Source: Homoserinimonas sp.
GTDB taxonomy: Bacteria > Actinomycetota > Actinomycetes > Actinomycetales > Microbacteriaceae
Length of the DNA stretch: 51,659 bases
Direction of reading: 5' to 3'
Assembly (NCBI GenBank): GCA_025464755.1
Contig: JAODMI010000115.1
Span: forward strand, 1-51,659
The notes beneath the pieces are model-generated. The model saw only the letters and a program-made list of their open reading frames with translations. It had not been told where the DNA came from and ran no database searches. Position numbers and translations under genes: made by a program. This document shows, one piece after another, positions 50,384-51,659 of this stretch (the stretch's first letter is position 1; each line of letters begins with the position of its first letter).

Positions 50384-50950
50384 TCAGTCGTCGAGGTTGT
50401 CCACTCCTGGTAGCCAGGTTTTGCCGGGCACACCCCAACTGTTTTTCCGTATTGCTTTCACCGCTGCTTTCGCATACGAATGTTCGAGACGGTCGACATA
50501 CAGGATGCCGTCGAGATGGTCGAACTCGTGCTGGAAAATGCGGGCGAGCCACCCTTCGGCTTTGATCTCGAACGGTTTCTGATCCAGATCAACGGCACGC
50601 AAAATGGCCAACTCAGAACGGCGCAACGGAAAACGCTCCCCGGGTACAGACAGGCACCCCTCAGATTCATCATCTTCATCGGGAGCCCCCACCGTAGCCG
50701 GGCTCAGCCACAACTCGGGATTGATTGCAACACCACGCCAGAGTGTCTCATCATCATCCGCCCAGTTGAAGACGAATAGCCGCAGACCGACACCCACCTG
50801 AGGCGCCGCCAGGCCGACGCCTGGTGCCGCCTCCATCGTCTCGAACATGTCATCTACGAGTCCACGCAGTTGCGAATCGAACACGGTGACGTCAGTAGCG
50901 GGGGAGTGGAGCACGGGTGCGCCAGTGATTTGAATGGGGAGTACGGCCAT
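50384..50950 (-). CDS. def: peptide deformylase
   Basis: Motifs GVGLAAPQVG, EGCLSVPG and HEFDHLDG. 188 aa starting from ATG 50950 (MAVLPIQITG...). The ORF-track version (to 51547) is an artefactual N-terminal extension antisense to the next gene. Confidence 0.93.
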   Translation of the reverse strand: MAVLPIQITGAPVLHSPATDVTVFDSQLRGLVDDMFETMEAAPGVGLAAPQVGVGLRLFVFNWADDDETLWRGVAINPELWLSPATVGAPDEDDESEGCLSVPGERFPLRRSELAILRAVDLDQKPFEIKAEGWLARIFQHEFDHLDGILYVDRLEHSYAKAAVKAIRKNSWGVPGKTWLPGVDNLDD

Positions 50951-50990
50951 TCGCCAAGAATATCGGCAGACCAGCCGATAAGGTTCTTGC

Positions 50991-51659
50991 GTGTTGCCCG
51001 ATCTCAACGTATTCGCGGAGTCGTTGACTCCTTTCAAGGAACTCGGTATTCCGGTGGCTCTCGTCGGAGCTGTTTTCCTTGCTGTTGGCGCGCAGCTGCA
51101 GCACCGGGGTGTGGGCGTGGTTGAGGCGCTCGAACCGCCTGCCAGGACTGCAGGGTTGAGTATCAAACAGCTCGTAGCGCTGGCGGCCCGGCCGTCATGG
51201 CTGCTCGGCACCGTGATGCTCGGACTTGCCATCGTGTTCCAGCTGACCAGCCTTGCACTTTCGCCTATCACTGTCGTGCAGCCACTTGGTGCCGTCGCCC
51301 TCGTTGTCACGGCAATAGTGAATGCGCGCGTCTCGCGCGTGCGGTTGGACCCTGGATCGATCAGGGCTATTGCCCTGTGCGTTGGCGGCGTAGCAATTTT
51401 TGTGACCGTCGCATCGTTCACCACCACGTCGCATCCGGTTTCCGACACCCAGCTTCTGGTCATCTTGGCCATCCTTGGGGTGGTCACCGCCACTTTCGCT
51501 GTACTTTTTGGCGTGTACCGCCGCAGGTTCAAAGCGATTATGTACATTATCGGCGCCGGCGTGCTCTACGGCTTTGTTGCCACGTTGGCGAAGGTGGTCA
51601 TCGACCGCATCAAAACGGGTGACTTTGAGTGGCTGACTATCTTGTGCGTTGTGGCTTTG
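50991..51659 (+). CDS. partial CDS (223 codons, continues past the right window edge): polytopic membrane protein, possibly DMT/NIPA-like transporter
   Basis: GTG 50991 is the first start after an in-frame TAA at 50979. The frame is stop-free to the window end (VLPDLNVFAESLTPFKELGIPVALVGAVFLAVGAQLQHRG...LGLAIVFQLTSLALSPITVVQPLGAVALVV...) with at least 6 hydrophobic segments. It is missing from the ORF track because it has no stop in the window. Family assignment is tentative. Confidence 0.55.
   Translation, partial: MLPDLNVFAESLTPFKELGIPVALVGAVFLAVGAQLQHRGVGVVEALEPPARTAGLSIKQLVALAARPSWLLGTVMLGLAIVFQLTSLALSPITVVQPLGAVALVVTAIVNARVSRVRLDPGSIRAIALCVGGVAIFVTVASFTTTSHPVSDTQLLVILAILGVVTATFAVLFGVYRRRFKAIMYIIGAGVLYGFVATLAKVVIDRIKTGDFEWLTILCVVAL

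Noticed and set aside
50951-51547. N-terminal 199-aa extension of the def ORF (track entry 50384-51547)
   Set aside because: The deformylase homology starts at MAVLPIQITG (ATG 50950). The extension is antisense to a much more convincing membrane-protein frame (50991 to the window end).

Overview
GC-rich actinobacterial chromosome segment. The protein sequences look Microbacteriaceae-like, but that is an inference and no search was run. I call about 50 CDS and one tRNA-Asn. I found no rRNA, CRISPR array or recognisable IS/transposase. Most of the window is a conserved housekeeping backbone: leuS; comEA-comEC-holA; rpsT; lepA-DUF1990-hemW; hrcA-dnaJ-rsmE-HIT-phoH-ybeY-CNNM/CorC-era; leuA; recO-uppS; glyQS; dus-dgt; dnaG; tRNA-Asn; azlCD; def. 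Accessory-looking blocks sit between these: (a) a DUF559/AbiEi-like gene, a DsbA-like gene, a six-gene cluster that looks like gamma-glutamylation-type ethanolamine/amine catabolism, and a YbaK-like gene between glyQS and dus; (b) an aldehyde dehydrogenase plus an orphan substrate-binding lipoprotein between dgt and dnaG; (c) an orphan ABC ATPase, a 2-hydroxyacid dehydrogenase and a lactonase between dnaG and tRNA-Asn. The one structure ordinary annotation does not explain is a family of six intergenic elements of 77-90 bp. Each has an AT-rich 13-mer (GAAAATTCAGGAA) and its inverted partner (TTCCTGAATTTTC) around a poorly conserved GC-rich interior of exactly 53, 53, 53, 54, 64 or 64 nt. Two direct copies bracket the only nuclease-like gene in the window (winged-helix plus DUF559 PD-(D/E)xK-like). 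That resembles the REPIN/RAYT arrangement, but with a different enzyme class. This link is a hypothesis and has not been demonstrated. All product calls rest on motifs I recognise by eye and on gene order; no BLAST, HMM or Rfam search was possible. Many long ORFs in the supplied track are antisense or out-of-frame shadows typical of GC-rich DNA, and I do not call them. Two edge-truncated genes are missing from the track and are added here.
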